Shown here piece by piece: positions 1 through 11,613 of a DNA stretch of 64,000 nt. Origin of the DNA: Eledone cirrhosa (Eukaryota); the NCBI GenBank assembly GCA_964016885.1, contig OZ024741.1, positions 94,488,001 to 94,552,000 of the forward strand, given 5' to 3'. Position 1 is the stretch's first letter. Every line of letters starts with the position of its first letter. The notes under the pieces are model-generated. The model was not told where the DNA came from. It did no database searches and was given only the letters and a program-made list of their open reading frames with translations. A program made the translations under genes and the position numbers.

Positions 1-161
1 ATTTTCTCCATCAGCCCTGTTTACTACAATGATAAATTTGACCAAAGCGCTACTAAGACTAGTAACCTATTTTTACACACTCTACAAATATTACTTCACC
101 CTTAAAAAGGCTTACTGACACACAAGCCGAAACCACTTTGCGCCACTGTTGGGGTTTTACA

Positions 162-283
<122 letters not shown>

Positions 284-312
284 CATACATATACATATGT
301 GTATCTCACGCA

Positions 313-610
313 CTTGATTTTCTGCCTTGGGTCCAGTGTGCCAAATGGACTCAACTCTTCTTCACATTTCCTCTAATCTATATTTATTCCTGCACACATG
401 TGGTCGTGCGTGCTTCTATACACCTAGCCACTATCACCCCTACCTCATTTGTTGTCACACGAGCACATCCATTTACCCTTCGAGTTTCCTACGATCAGAG
501 ACACACACCCTCACAGCTCTGTACGGACCAACGACAAACATGCACACACACACATACGCATACTCTTAACCTTATACACACATATATCCTCACAGATTCG
601 TACAAACGAG

Positions 611-703
<93 letters not shown>

Positions 704-1075
704 TGTACATACTTAAACGCATGCATATCTACTCTAAATACAAAAAATATTTTTTTTCCTCTTCAGCACGATATAAGACACGTTTGATCACATCCTTTCA
801 AAAGACGACCAACTGAACTTTCTAAACCATTAAATGCTCCTGTCAACAGTTTTCCAAGAGATGGCGAAATGATCTGCTTTTTCTCGAAGCATTTTTTACA
901 TTTCTACCCCTTCTCACTCTCCTCTATCTTTCTATTTCTTCTTTAATTTTTCATTCTATTTTCTGATGAAGGACTTCCGAAACGTTAAGATTTGTCCTAC
1001 TATATTAAGCGTGAAACTAATATATATCTTCATTGTACTTCGTCTCTTGTGTTTTATCCGTTTGCTTTTCGCATA
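313..1075 (+). mobile_element. Degraded 3' end of a Penelope-like element: GIY-YIG C-terminal remnant, CA-rich UTR, hammerhead motif
   Basis: 313-376 translates LIFCLGSSVPNGLNSSSHFL*, resembling the LIF.LG...P.GLN C-terminus of PLE GIY-YIG domains. It is followed by a CTGATGA...GAAA motif at 963-982. Confidence 0.5.
958..991 (+). ncRNA. Minimal type I hammerhead ribozyme-like motif
   Basis: ATTTT-CTGATGA-A-GGActTCC-GAAA-CG-TT-AAGAT. Stem I ATTTT/AAGAT (one G-U), very short stem II, palindromic AACGTT at helix III. Confidence 0.5.
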
Positions 1076-1126
1076 CATGTATATAGATATATATACTCAC
1101 TCACACACACACAGAAACACATATGA

Positions 1127-1158
<32 letters not shown>

Positions 1159-1414
1159 CTTTCTTTTTATTTGCCACCAGAGATAGATAGATAGATAGAT
1201 TTCTTTATTTACCATAAAGGCATAAAAAGAAGGGACAAATACAAAGGGGGAGTTTACATATAATCGAGTAAAAAGGGTGTAACATGAAAATAATCGAAAA
1301 TAACCTCAAAAGGGAGGGGACGTGATGGGGGTTGCACACACCCCCGAAAAAGTGTGCAATCCTTTGCCCGGGGAGCACATGGAGAAGGTGTTCCCCTCTC
1401 CTTTACTTCTTTAC

Positions 1415-4400
1415 CTACAGGATGGTATACAGAGAAGGCCCATTTACACGAGCCATTCTCGCCACTATCACCCACCTTTCATAAAACTGCCTGTGGCCAA
1501 GCACCTCTCTCTCCATTCTTATCCTTCTTCCGAAGTGATATCGGAAGAAGTAGACCAGACTATGGCCAGAGAGGAAGTTGCCTGACCTCAGACCTTTCAA
1601 TCGTGTCCACCAAACAACCTCTTTCAACATGGCTATTACGCACAGAAAAACCGCCTTTGCTTCCTTTGTGAAGAGGGGAGGCGGTTTGATTGTCATCACG
1701 GACTCGGCGGTCAATTTAATCGGCGCCACCCGCGACAGCAGTTGTTCGGCGTAGCCCCACAGATCAGCCACGCCCGGACATTGCACCAATGCGTGCGCCA
1801 CGGTTTCTTCGTGACGCACGCATCTAGGGCAAATCTTTTTTGAGGGATCCCTGCCCGGGCGCCCGTGTCTGTAGAGCCTCTCTCGAACGGGTAGAGCCCC
1901 TCGGTAGCACTGCCAGGCCAGTGACTTCTGGAAGTTGTCCATTGGTCCTGGGCCGAAAGTCCTACCGAACAGGCTGGCCAGTTCGTCTTCTTCCATGTCC
2001 AGCGACTCTCCAAGGGTGTCATCGCCCCTGCTAGCCACCAGCCCTCTATAGAATGATGAGGTGGATTCTCCACCGATGGCCCGGCCCGCTTGCCAGAGAG
2101 CCCTGAGCGCCTGAGCACACTCAGTGTGCCAGTCTCCCAGTTTTCCGGATCTTTGCTTGACCCAGGACTGTAGCTCGGTGAGTGAGACGAGTCTCGGAAA
2201 GGCTCGTTTCACGAACGGAGCCCACACCGGTTGACCAGTGAGGAATACCTGTAGGTGCCGTAGCCTTAATGCGTGCCTACGCATCATCAACCACGGCATC
2301 CCCAGCCCTCCTTTCGAAGGTTGTTGGCAGCAGATGGATCTTCTCACCATAGGAGGACGCTTCTTCCAAAGAAATTGGAAGAGCATGCGTTCCATGGTGG
2401 TGAGTGTTTCCTTAGGGCAAGGCACGACAGTCAGGCGGTAGTAAGTGACGGACGCTATGTAAATGTTCGCCACCTCCGCCCGGCCTTTTAGGGACAGCTT
2501 ACACTTGGCCCATTTCTGGGTTAGTGCAAACACCTTGTTCGTAACCTCGTTCCAGTTCTTTTCCACCTGGAGGTCCGGTCCAAACCAGACCCCAAGCAAC
2601 TTTACCGGGCCCTCCGTCCAGTGTCCGACGACACCGTCAGGAGGCATCGGTTTGCCTCTCCACGTTCCGAGTTGCAGCCCGATGGATTTTTCCCGGTTCA
2701 GTTTCGCTCCTGACAACCTTTCGTACTCCTCCAGTAAGGTACCGATCGCCTCGATCTCCGAGTCGGTTGATACCATTACTGTTACGTCATCGGCGTAGGC
2801 CGACACCGCTTTGCTCAATCCTGGTTCCAGGGGGATACCCTGCAACAACTCCAACTTCCTCAGTAAAGGCTCGAGAGTCAATACGTACAGAAGGGAGGAG
2901 AGAGGGCACCCCTGTCGAATGGATCGTGTGATTTCGAACGGCTTCGAAAGGTAGCCGTTCACCTTGATCCTAGAACAGATGTGGTTGCTATGTAGGGCAG
3001 TGATCCAGCCTCTGAAAACAGGACCGAACCCAGCCGCCGCTAGCACCGCATCCAGGTAACCATGGTCGACCCTATCGAAGGCCTTAGACTGATCCAAGTT
3101 GATCAGGGCCCCACCGAAGCCGGGTTTGTTGCCAACCCTCTCTATGATGTATCGCATGAGGTGGAGGTTATCGTGAATGGACCTGGATGGGATAGCACAT
3201 GTCTGCGCATCTCCCACCAGGCCACCCACGACAAGCGCCAACCTCTTTGCTAACACCTTGGCCAAAATCTTTAACTCTGTGTTTAGCAGGGTTATGGGCC
3301 GAAAATTATTTATACTATCCCCCTTGTTCTCGTCCTTCCTCACCAGCGTGACTACGCCCTTGGCTACAGAACAAGGAATTCTCCCGTTCTGCTGCCAATT
3401 GCAGTAGACCGCTTCGAGGAGTTCGGAGAAGAAGACCGGCATTGCTAAATAAAGTTCGTAAGGTATACCATCGAGACCTGGAGATTTGCGTCTGCTGCAT
3501 TGGCTCAGCGCATCTCCGATCTCATCAGCCGAGATTGGTCCCTCGCAGGACTCTGCCTCTTTGTTCGAGAGACGCGGCAGGCCGTCGAGGTATGGACCGA
3601 AATCCACGCCCCGGCCCGGACCCTCGCCTCCCCCGAACAATCGGGCAAAGTGCTTTTGAAAGGCCTCGCACATCTGCTTAGGCTCCCGGATCACTCGTCC
3701 ATCTTCGTCTTGCAACGACCGGATGGTGGATCGATTTCCACTTTTCGCTTCTGTCACGCGGGCCCATCCAACGGCTTTGGCCCCCTCATTACCTAGAGCA
3801 CGTATTTTACTTCGAATGACGCAGCCTTCATGCTTTGCATCGAAAAACTGGTTCAAGGCCGTCCTCGATGCCAGCACTCTGGCCACATCTTCGCTCTTGA
3901 TTGCCTCTTCTAATTTACCTGTTAATTCTTTCTCGTTTCTATTCCTATTGGCAGCTAACATCTTGCTATAACTTATTGATTCTGTTCTAATCTCTCTTTT
4001 GAGAGATGCCCACCATCGGTTGTTGACGATTGCACCCGTCAACCTCTCCTTAACTAATCTGCTAATCCGGTTTCTGTAAGTCTCTTTTGCCGGTAAAGAC
4101 AAATTAAGTTTCCAGTAACCGGGACCCTGTCTATGTGTTTTCTCGAGATTGACCACGCAGGTCACTAATTTGTGATCCGTGTAGCCAACCGTGCGCATTT
4201 CTGGACAGCTTAATATGTCCCTATCCTTACTTCTAACTAAGAATCTATCTAAGTACGATCTAGATTGACCACTGTGGTTTCTCCAAGTCCAGGTAGGCAC
4301 AGTTGGAAAATCTAGTCGATATCTATCGACCAAGTTAAAACGGTCGAGTAACCCCTTGAGGCTGTTACACCCCCCTCTATTAGGACATGCTCCTGCATAG

Positions 4401-4852
4401 TCCCAACGTGCATCTAGGATGTCATTCCAATCCCCCGCTAGAAGCAGGGAACGCGACGTTCCCAGAAAAGTCTCCAAACGCTGGAAGAAGTCGGGCCGTT
4501 CAGCTCCGAAAGGGGAGTAGACGGCGACCAGTCTCAAGGCCGCACTTTCACTACTGCCAACGTCTAGCACCAACAAACGACCCTCCGGGTCCGAGTGCAC
4601 AACCTGTACGGCAAGACCCAGGTGTTTTTGCAGCAGCACGACAACCCCACCCCCACCTCCAGGTTGACAGAGAGATGCATGCACCTCAAAGTCATCGAAG
4701 GTGGGGGCCAGCTGCCGCATGACGCTGATTCGAGTCTCACAGATAACCATTACATTTATACTACATGACCTGAGGTCATTTAGAAGCTTTGCTTGCTTCC
4801 AAGTTGAGCCCAGGCCACGTGCATTCAAACATCCTACTCTTAACACATCCAT
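1415..4852 (-). CDS. LINE ORF2: APE endonuclease, reverse transcriptase and C-terminal zinc finger (L1/Tx1 type), 1145 aa
   Basis: APE motifs LNARGL, CETR, VYSP, GDWN, SYLDRF, TDHK. RT motifs KSPGLDG, FRPITLLNTELKILAK, LDQSKAFDRVDH, IRQGCPLS, YADD. C-terminal CPRC..ETVAHALVQC. Frame uninterrupted. Confidence 0.95.
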   Translation of the reverse strand: MDVLRVGCLNARGLGSTWKQAKLLNDLRSCSINVMVICETRISVMRQLAPTFDDFEVHASLCQPGGGGGVVVLLQKHLGLAVQVVHSDPEGRLLVLDVGSSESAALRLVAVYSPFGAERPDFFQRLETFLGTSRSLLLAGDWNDILDARWDYAGACPNRGGCNSLKGLLDRFNLVDRYRLDFPTVPTWTWRNHSGQSRSYLDRFLVRSKDRDILSCPEMRTVGYTDHKLVTCVVNLEKTHRQGPGYWKLNLSLPAKETYRNRISRLVKERLTGAIVNNRWWASLKREIRTESISYSKMLAANRNRNEKELTGKLEEAIKSEDVARVLASRTALNQFFDAKHEGCVIRSKIRALGNEGAKAVGWARVTEAKSGNRSTIRSLQDEDGRVIREPKQMCEAFQKHFARLFGGGEGPGRGVDFGPYLDGLPRLSNKEAESCEGPISADEIGDALSQCSRRKSPGLDGIPYELYLAMPVFFSELLEAVYCNWQQNGRIPCSVAKGVVTLVRKDENKGDSINNFRPITLLNTELKILAKVLAKRLALVVGGLVGDAQTCAIPSRSIHDNLHLMRYIIERVGNKPGFGGALINLDQSKAFDRVDHGYLDAVLAAAGFGPVFRGWITALHSNHICSRIKVNGYLSKPFEITRSIRQGCPLSSLLYVLTLEPLLRKLELLQGIPLEPGLSKAVSAYADDVTVMVSTDSEIEAIGTLLEEYERLSGAKLNREKSIGLQLGTWRGKPMPPDGVVGHWTEGPVKLLGVWFGPDLQVEKNWNEVTNKVFALTQKWAKCKLSLKGRAEVANIYIASVTYYRLTVVPCPKETLTTMERMLFQFLWKKRPPMVRRSICCQQPSKGGLGMPWLMMRRHALRLRHLQVFLTGQPVWAPFVKRAFPRLVSLTELQSWVKQRSGKLGDWHTECAQALRALWQAGRAIGGESTSSFYRGLVASRGDDTLGESLDMEEDELASLFGRTFGPGPMDNFQKSLAWQCYRGALPVRERLYRHGRPGRDPSKKICPRCVRHEETVAHALVQCPGVADLWGYAEQLLSRVAPIKLTAESVMTIKPPPLFTKEAKAVFLCVIAMLKEVVWWTRLKGLRSGNFLSGHSLVYFFRYHFGRRIRMEREVLGHRQFYERWVIVARMARVNGPSLYTIL

Positions 4853-4885
4853 GTGGGCGGCAGAGCCAAAGGAGAGTGTAGAGAC

Positions 4886-6766
4886 CTACCTTTCCGCTTC
4901 CCGGGGTTCGGGTTGCACGACTTCCATGGGGTCGGGGGTGTTGGGTGAAGGGGTGTCTTGTGGTGGTGTGGGGTCGTCGGTGTGTGGTGGGGTTGGGGTG
5001 TTTGGAGTTGTGTTGGGGAGGGGAAGGGGAGGGGGAAAGCTTTTTAGTAGGACGCGGTTTATGGGTTTGACAGAGGGTGGTCCTACGTCCTCCTTAAAAT
5101 CCTTTTTTAGTTTTTGGTAGAGGTTCATTGGGATTTTTATTAGTTTTAAATGTGGGTGGTTTTCTGATGAAACAAAGTTTACACCTTCGGTTTGTACCGA
5201 AGGATTATTGTATATGAGTTCATTTAATTTATTATTGTTTCTGTTGATGTAAGTATAGTGTAATGTCTTTTTTTCCGATGGTGTGAGTGTTTCGAAGAGG
5301 GGAGGGGCAGGTTTGGTTTTGTTTGTTGCTGGAGGGGTGTTTTCTGTTTTGTTAGATTGTGTTGCGATTTGGGTGGGGGTTGTTTGTCCTTGTGTGTTTT
5401 GCACATGTTTTCTTTTTTTCCTTTTAATCTGTCTGAAGGACTCCGTTTCTTCCTCCGAATTCGTTGGGTTATCTTCAGTGTTGGAGGGAAGAGGTATGTT
5501 TGCTGGTAATGTTTCCGTGTTGGTTTTCTTTGTGGGGGAGATGGATGTCACTATGTTAGACTGTGTTGTGTGTTGTGTCTGCGGTGGTTGTGTTGTTTTA
5601 TTGAGTGAGAGGTTGGGTGGGCCTGTATTTTGTTTTGGGGTAATGTGTTGTGACTGTTTGTGTTGTGGTGGTGTTGTGGTGTTACTGAGGGACGGGTTGG
5701 GTGGGACTGAGTTTTGTTGTTTGTTTATCTGTTGTGGTGGTGGTGGTGGAGCTGGTGTTGGTAGCAGGGTTTTCTTTTTGTTGAGTTGGGGACAAGCGGC
5801 CTTCAGGTGCCCTCTGCCTGCACAGATATGGCAGGACGGCCTTCTCCCCTCCACGCTAATGTTTATATACCCGTGGTCCTCTAATAGGATTCTGTCGGGT
5901 ATTTGGGCGATGCGTTCAGGCTTCATTTGTACTACCAGCTCTATACCTGTTCCACTGAACGCATTGCCTGTGGTTTTCCCAATGGAAATCACGTTGTCAT
6001 TCACTGGATCGATGAAGCCAGCTATGAGCCAGCAGTAGTCCACATCTGGCATCATTGCATCCAGCCATATGCGTTGAGTTTTTTTCCCCATATAAGATGG
6101 ATAAAAGGTGAAATTTTTCGAACGAATCGGTGACAAAGCACATTTTTTTGCCGCCGATTCGTTCTTCATGATAATTGCTAGGCTTCCATACAGTCTGTCT
6201 TTTCTTATGAAAGTTGTTTCATTCAGTACTTCTGCGAGTACTGTTTTGATATCTGCTTGAGAAGGCTGTTCAGGTTTTTTTGTACTGTTGTTGATGGTCC
6301 GAAACTTGACCGTTCGGCTTTCAATGTCTTTCGTGAATTCTTGAGGCATTTTTACCAATAAAATACCATTCTCACCTTCACTTATGTATTGTTTTGCGTC
6401 CGTGATCCTTCGTACCACATCTGAAATGTTTTCCGCTATATAAGTCAAAGATTTCTTTGTTTTCTGTGCAAAAGAAATCTTGTCGTCTGCTTTGTTTTCT
6501 GATATTATGTTATTTTCAACTGTTATTTTTTTGTTTGTTGTGTCTTTGTTTGTGTTATTAGTATTGTCATGCAATTTTTCAAATTTTTTTTTTTCGTTGT
6601 TTTCGTCATTTAATTTTTTTTCCTCCGCAGATTCGTCCGTTTTTATTTTCATTTTTCCTTCCTTCTCTATGACGTTAGTTGGGAAGGAAGGGAGGACTAA
6701 AGCGTGCGAGCTTACAACTCTTACCGCTGTCCCCCCACCACTATTTTCGTTCGCTGCGTTTAACAT
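4886..6766 (-). CDS. LINE ORF1, gag-like nucleic-acid-binding protein with CCHC zinc knuckle, 626 aa
   Basis: CHICAGRGHLKAAC (CX2CX4HX4C), Pro/Thr/Gln-rich linker, basic patch KRKKRK. Lies immediately upstream of ORF2 on the same strand. Confidence 0.88.
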   Translation of the reverse strand: MLNAANENSGGGTAVRVVSSHALVLPSFPTNVIEKEGKMKIKTDESAEEKKLNDENNEKKKFEKLHDNTNNTNKDTTNKKITVENNIISENKADDKISFAQKTKKSLTYIAENISDVVRRITDAKQYISEGENGILLVKMPQEFTKDIESRTVKFRTINNSTKKPEQPSQADIKTVLAEVLNETTFIRKDRLYGSLAIIMKNESAAKKCALSPIRSKNFTFYPSYMGKKTQRIWLDAMMPDVDYCWLIAGFIDPVNDNVISIGKTTGNAFSGTGIELVVQMKPERIAQIPDRILLEDHGYINISVEGRRPSCHICAGRGHLKAACPQLNKKKTLLPTPAPPPPPQQINKQQNSVPPNPSLSNTTTPPQHKQSQHITPKQNTGPPNLSLNKTTQPPQTQHTTQSNIVTSISPTKKTNTETLPANIPLPSNTEDNPTNSEEETESFRQIKRKKRKHVQNTQGQTTPTQIATQSNKTENTPPATNKTKPAPPLFETLTPSEKKTLHYTYINRNNNKLNELIYNNPSVQTEGVNFVSSENHPHLKLIKIPMNLYQKLKKDFKEDVGPPSVKPINRVLLKSFPPPLPLPNTTPNTPTPPHTDDPTPPQDTPSPNTPDPMEVVQPEPREAER

Positions 6767-6999
6767 TTCTGTTAGACGATTGAAATTTTTTACACAAAAT
6801 TTTTTAAAACAGGTTTTTCACCTCTAGGAGGGGTAAAGATGAGCTGACCCACCGCCTGACAGTTCAGACGGAGGGTCAAGCTACACAATTGTATCAAAAT
6901 TAAGTTTGAACTCACAAAATTTCCTCAATAAATTTGAACAAAACTTCTGTGCGAAGTGAATGACATCCACACTGTAGAACAGACGACAGCTAGATTGAG

Positions 7000-7043
<44 letters not shown>

Positions 7044-7334
7044 GGGGTATCCGATGGGGTATGTCGAGATAGGTATAGATATTGAGAATACAGGCATGTG
7101 AACATGTCATATTTTAGTATTTCCCTATAGACTGAAATAGATAAACCGCCTTAATCGATTTTTGGCCCTTATTGGATTCACAACAAAGAAAGATATAGAC
7201 ATATACACGTGTGTGTGTGTATGTGTGTGTGTGTATTTGTGTATATGTGTGTATTATGTGTGTGTGTCTGTGTGTGTGCGTGTGTGTACGTGTGTGTATA
7301 AAAAACAGAAGGCCAGCAGCCTCGTCTCTCCACG

Positions 7335-7510
7335 CCACCAATGTTGTCCAAAGGAAAGGTTAAGGCACCAGTGAAGTTACAACCCATTTTTCTTGCTGAA
7401 TGAACTGGTGCAATGTGAAATAAAGGACACAATGCACAATCCGGTACAGAAATCGATCTCACAACCATACGATTGTGAGTCCACTGCTATAACAACTAAG
7501 CCACGAGCCT
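7335..7510 (-). mobile_element. tRNA-derived SINE, second family, degraded
   Basis: Minus strand starts GGCTCGTGGCTTAGTTGTT (A-box-like) and has a degraded B-box. Similar to the plus-strand copy at 24686-24965. Confidence 0.5.
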
Positions 7511-7830
7511 TATATGAGTATATCCATTATATCGTCTCTAGTTAATGATTGGTGATTTATTTTATCGATTCTGGAAAAATGAAAAGCCAAGTTGACCTTG
7601 GTGGGATTTGAACTGATAACATAATTGTGTTATCTAATAGCAAGGTGTACGTATGGTCCCGTCACTTCTGATAGAATCGTAGGGGCGCCATATTGACATA
7701 CGTCGTTTCTTGGGCACTTTAAGCCTGGCGGAGCCCATCCCCTCTGCAGGTCTGAGTACAGCAGATTTCTTCCAAAGAAAGATAGAAAGTGAGAGAGAGG
7801 AAATCAGAAAGAGATATAGAGGAAGAATCT

Positions 7831-7976
7831 ACCCCAGTACAAGACGAGTACTTTTCTTATCGGCCTCGAAAGAATGAAAGGCAAAGTTGACCTCGGTGGG
7901 ATTTGAACTCAGAGTGCAGAGAGCCGGAAGCATTCTATCCGACGGTCTAACGACTCTGCCAATTCGCCGCCTTAAT
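7831..7976 (-). mobile_element. tRNA-derived SINE, main family of the window
   Basis: Reverse complement of GGCGGCGAATTGGCAGAGTCGTTAG...GAGTTCAAATCCCACCGAGGTCAACTTTGCCTTTCAT...GATAAGAAAAGTAC. A second fragment lies at about 7550-7615. Confidence 0.75.
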
Positions 7977-8094
7977 AGCAAGATATACAGTACCAACAAA
8001 TACAGCATATTTCAATATTTGATTTTGAAAGAATCGAATAAAATATATATATGGTTACTTATTCGAAATTTTTTTTTTTTTTTCCCTTTATATG

Positions 8095-8297
<203 letters not shown>

Positions 8298-8705
8298 ATT
8301 TACTCCAGGTGAACACTGAATGAACACACCTTTGATTAAACGTAGTGATATCTAATGTGTTCTATTGATATCTATTGACTATACATTCAATACAACAGTT
8401 AGAGAATACTTTCATATATTTTATTTATTTATTTTTTTTTTTTTGTAAACTTGGATTTATAAATTGTCCCTCCAGCCCATCCTAAGTGTATATTCGTCTA
8501 AGTGGCAGTTCATGCCATGTAAATTATGTATAGAGGGTGAAATATGTAAAATTGTATGGTGAATCATTCTGAATAATGTCCAGAAAAGACATAGAATTCG
8601 ATGCATTGGAATGAATCTATATCATATATTATATAATGAAAGTCTTCAAGAAACGGCGTATGTTACTACCGTGTCCCTATGACTCCAATAGGAGTTACGG
8701 GTCAA

Positions 8706-9124
8706 CACATACATACAAGCATACATACTTACGTACATGCATACATACATACATACATACATACATGCATACATGCATGCATGCATGCATACATACATAC
8801 ATACATACATACATACATACATACATACATACATACTTACGTACATGCATACATACATACATACATACATGCATACATGCATACATGCATGCATGCATAC
8901 ATACATACATACATACATACATACATGCATACATGCATACATGCATGCATGCATACATACATACATACATACATACATACATACATACATACATACATAC
9001 ATACATACATGCATACATGCATACATGCATGCATGCATGCATACATACATACATACATACATACATACATACATACATACATACATACATACATACATAC
9101 ATACATACATACATACATACATAC
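8706..9124. repeat. (CATA)n/(CATG)n tetranucleotide array forming the tail of the adjacent RTE fragment
   Basis: Seen directly; abuts the 3' end of the minus-strand RTE fragment. Confidence 0.9.
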
Positions 9125-9125
9125 G

Positions 9126-9466
9126 TGATGACCGCAAACTCGTTTCGAGCATTGCCATCGCCTGATAAAATGGTCAAAAATGTGAGGCACGAATGTGGCT
9201 CTTTAAACTAGCCAAAGATTTGCACCCTCTGGCACACACATGGCAACCGTAGGCTCTTCTGGGACTTTCCACTGCGTGGTTCTGACTGTGTGTTTTCATG
9301 TCTTTTAAGATCTCCCATACTAACACATTCCTTTCCACATTCCTTACACCTTTTCAGATCATAATCTACATGAGGTCTTCTGATATGACTTTGTTTGTGT
9401 CTAATCAAACAGCTTTGTTCAGGCAGGCTCGACCACAGTGCTGGCAAACCAGATGTTGCTCAACAT
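9126..9466 (-). mobile_element. RTE-clade LINE 3' fragment with C2H2 zinc-finger remnants
   Basis: CQHCGRACL.., CKECGKECVSMGDLKRH, CHVCARGCKSLASLKSHIRASH. 3'UTR stem-loop CTCGAAACGAG followed by (TATG)n. Confidence 0.7.
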
Positions 9467-9475
9467 ACATACATA

Positions 9476-9816
9476 ATGGCTGCCTCCTCGTTATCGAGTA
9501 TGGCCATTGCACGATATTTTAATTAATTCTATCGTCCAATGCCTGTGCGCGAAGATATTTTTTGAAGTGAGGAAAGACTGTGCACTGAGCCCATCCCACT
9601 CTCTGAGCGACAGTAGCTATAACCCAAAAATAAGAAAAGATTAACATCATCGGTAACTACTGAGCTGCAGGTTTTATATCGGAGTTATCCCAGTTTCCTG
9701 AGTTGCCTTCTCCTAGAAGAATGCCCTGACAAAGGCTAGGGGTCCTTCACTCCCAGTGGTTTAACCACGCGGTACATGTCTATATACATATTTACACGCT
9801 TTTGGATGGCCGTTGA
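9476..9816 (-). mobile_element. Non-autonomous RTE-derived element, subfamily 2
   Basis: Close reverse complement of 59034-59512; ends GGCCATACTCGATAACGAGGAGGCAGCCAT then (TATG)n. Confidence 0.75.
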
Positions 9817-10021
9817 CATACATGCGTACGTACATACATTCATATATACATACATTTATATATATATATATATATATATACATATATGCATACATACATA
9901 CATTCATACTTACGTACGTACATACATACATGCATACATGCATACATACATACATACATACATACATACATACGTACGTACATACATACATACATACATA
10001 CATACATACATACATACATAC

Positions 10022-10607
10022 ATGGTGGCTGCCAACTCGTTTTCGAGTACGGCCACTACTTTATATCCATGTAGGAGAACCCCTACCGATACGCTGAACG
10101 AGTGTGATTTTTTAGTCTAGCCAGCGACTTCAAAACTCTGGTACAAACACTACACCTGTGACAATTATTGACACATAGTGCTGGGCCCATGGTACCATGT
10201 GACGACAAATGCAGAGAGATCTCCAGATATAAAGCAATGCCTGTGCCGTGAAACTTTTATAGTGAGCAAAGGCACTGCACAAAGCCAGTTACACTCTCTT
10301 AACCAAGATGATATTTACCAAAAAGAAGAACAAGTCAACATCATTGGATATCATCAGGGTTGCAGGTGTTATATCAGAGTTTTCCTTCTAGAATTCTACC
10401 TTGACTAAGGCTAAGGGGTCATCTCTCCCGGTGATTTTGGATGGCCATTGAATCTTAAGAGCTCCTTTGACCTTTGACTGTTTTGTTTTTAGTCCTGCAG
10501 GATGTCCAAAGTCACCCTCCTCACCAAGAAACCTTGGTGGGGTTGCCAGTTTAGTCGCCAACGACCCGACCATGAGACAGGTTGTACTGGGATACATGTT
10601 ACCAGTA
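10022..10607 (-). mobile_element. Non-autonomous RTE-derived element, subfamily 1, near full length
   Basis: Near-identical to 57215-57823. RTE-like 5'UTR joined to a 3' zinc-finger remnant and CTCGAAAACGAG stem-loop. (CATA)n on both sides. Confidence 0.8.
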
Positions 10608-11234
10608 CATACATACATACATACATACATACATACATACATACATACATACATACATACATACATACATACATACATACATACGTACGTACGTACGTAC
10701 GTACGTACGTACGTACGTACATACATGCGTATGTACGTACATACATACATACATGCACACAAATTGTGTGCGTGGGCTATTATGATGTATAGTATTTCCA
10801 TACACTATAGTGATGAATGGAAGGCTGTTGATGTTAGACCCTGAGTCAGCTCTAATCAAGGAGACATATAATGAAAGATATTCCAGTCATGACCCTCCAG
10901 CCTAGTGAATGATTGTTATTTTAAAGCTGGTACAGCGTTTTAGGTGGGTGAGCGTGTAGTTTATAATGATATCTAATTCAAATATTGAACATATATAAGC
11001 AAATAACAACAGTACTCACTACACAAAGTAGAGTTACATGGAATATTCAAGTGTCTTTTATGGTTATGAAAGCAGAAAGGGAAGGAAAAGGTAAGGCCCT
11101 TAGTTTCACAGAAGAATGGGGATGGGGAAAGGGATGGGGTGGTCTCTGGGTCTAGGGCGCGGAGGTATTGAGGCTGCGATTCCCGGACAAGACCGCAAAA
11201 GTATTCCTGCTGACAATGTCCAGCGAATTTTTAA

Positions 11235-11420
11235 TTTAGACACAAAGTCAGCAATTTGAGGGAGAAGGAAAAGTCGAGCATATCGACCCCAGTGCTTGAC
11301 TGGTACTTTACTTTTTTATCAACTTGATAAGGACAAATGAGAAAGTTGACCTCGGCGGAATTTGAACTCAGAAAATAAAGACAAAGGCTTAACATTTTTC
11401 AAACGCTTTAATCCCTCTGG
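11235..11420 (-). mobile_element. tRNA-derived SINE, main family
   Basis: TCGACCCCAGTGCTTGACTGGTACTT...AAAGTTGACCTCGGCGGAATTTGAACTCAG. Confidence 0.7.
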
Positions 11421-11499
11421 TAATTCACGTCATCTGAGTGGTTTACAATGGCGTGGAAATATGTGGCCCGAATATTGTTTGATAGAATTCGATTATAAA

Positions 11500-11613
<114 letters not shown>

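Larger units (their letters stand above)
1201..6998 (-). mobile_element. Full-length L1/Tx1-type non-LTR retrotransposon flanked by (GATA)n
   Basis: 5'UTR, ORF1, 33-nt spacer, ORF2, short 3'UTR with AATAAA near 1204-1209 (minus). GATA repeats at 1127-1200 and 7001-7042. Confidence 0.92.

Noticed and set aside
5283-6038. 251-aa plus-strand ORF and other ORFs overlapping the LINE
   Set aside because: Antisense or alternative-frame shadows of low-complexity ORF1/ORF2 with no motifs.
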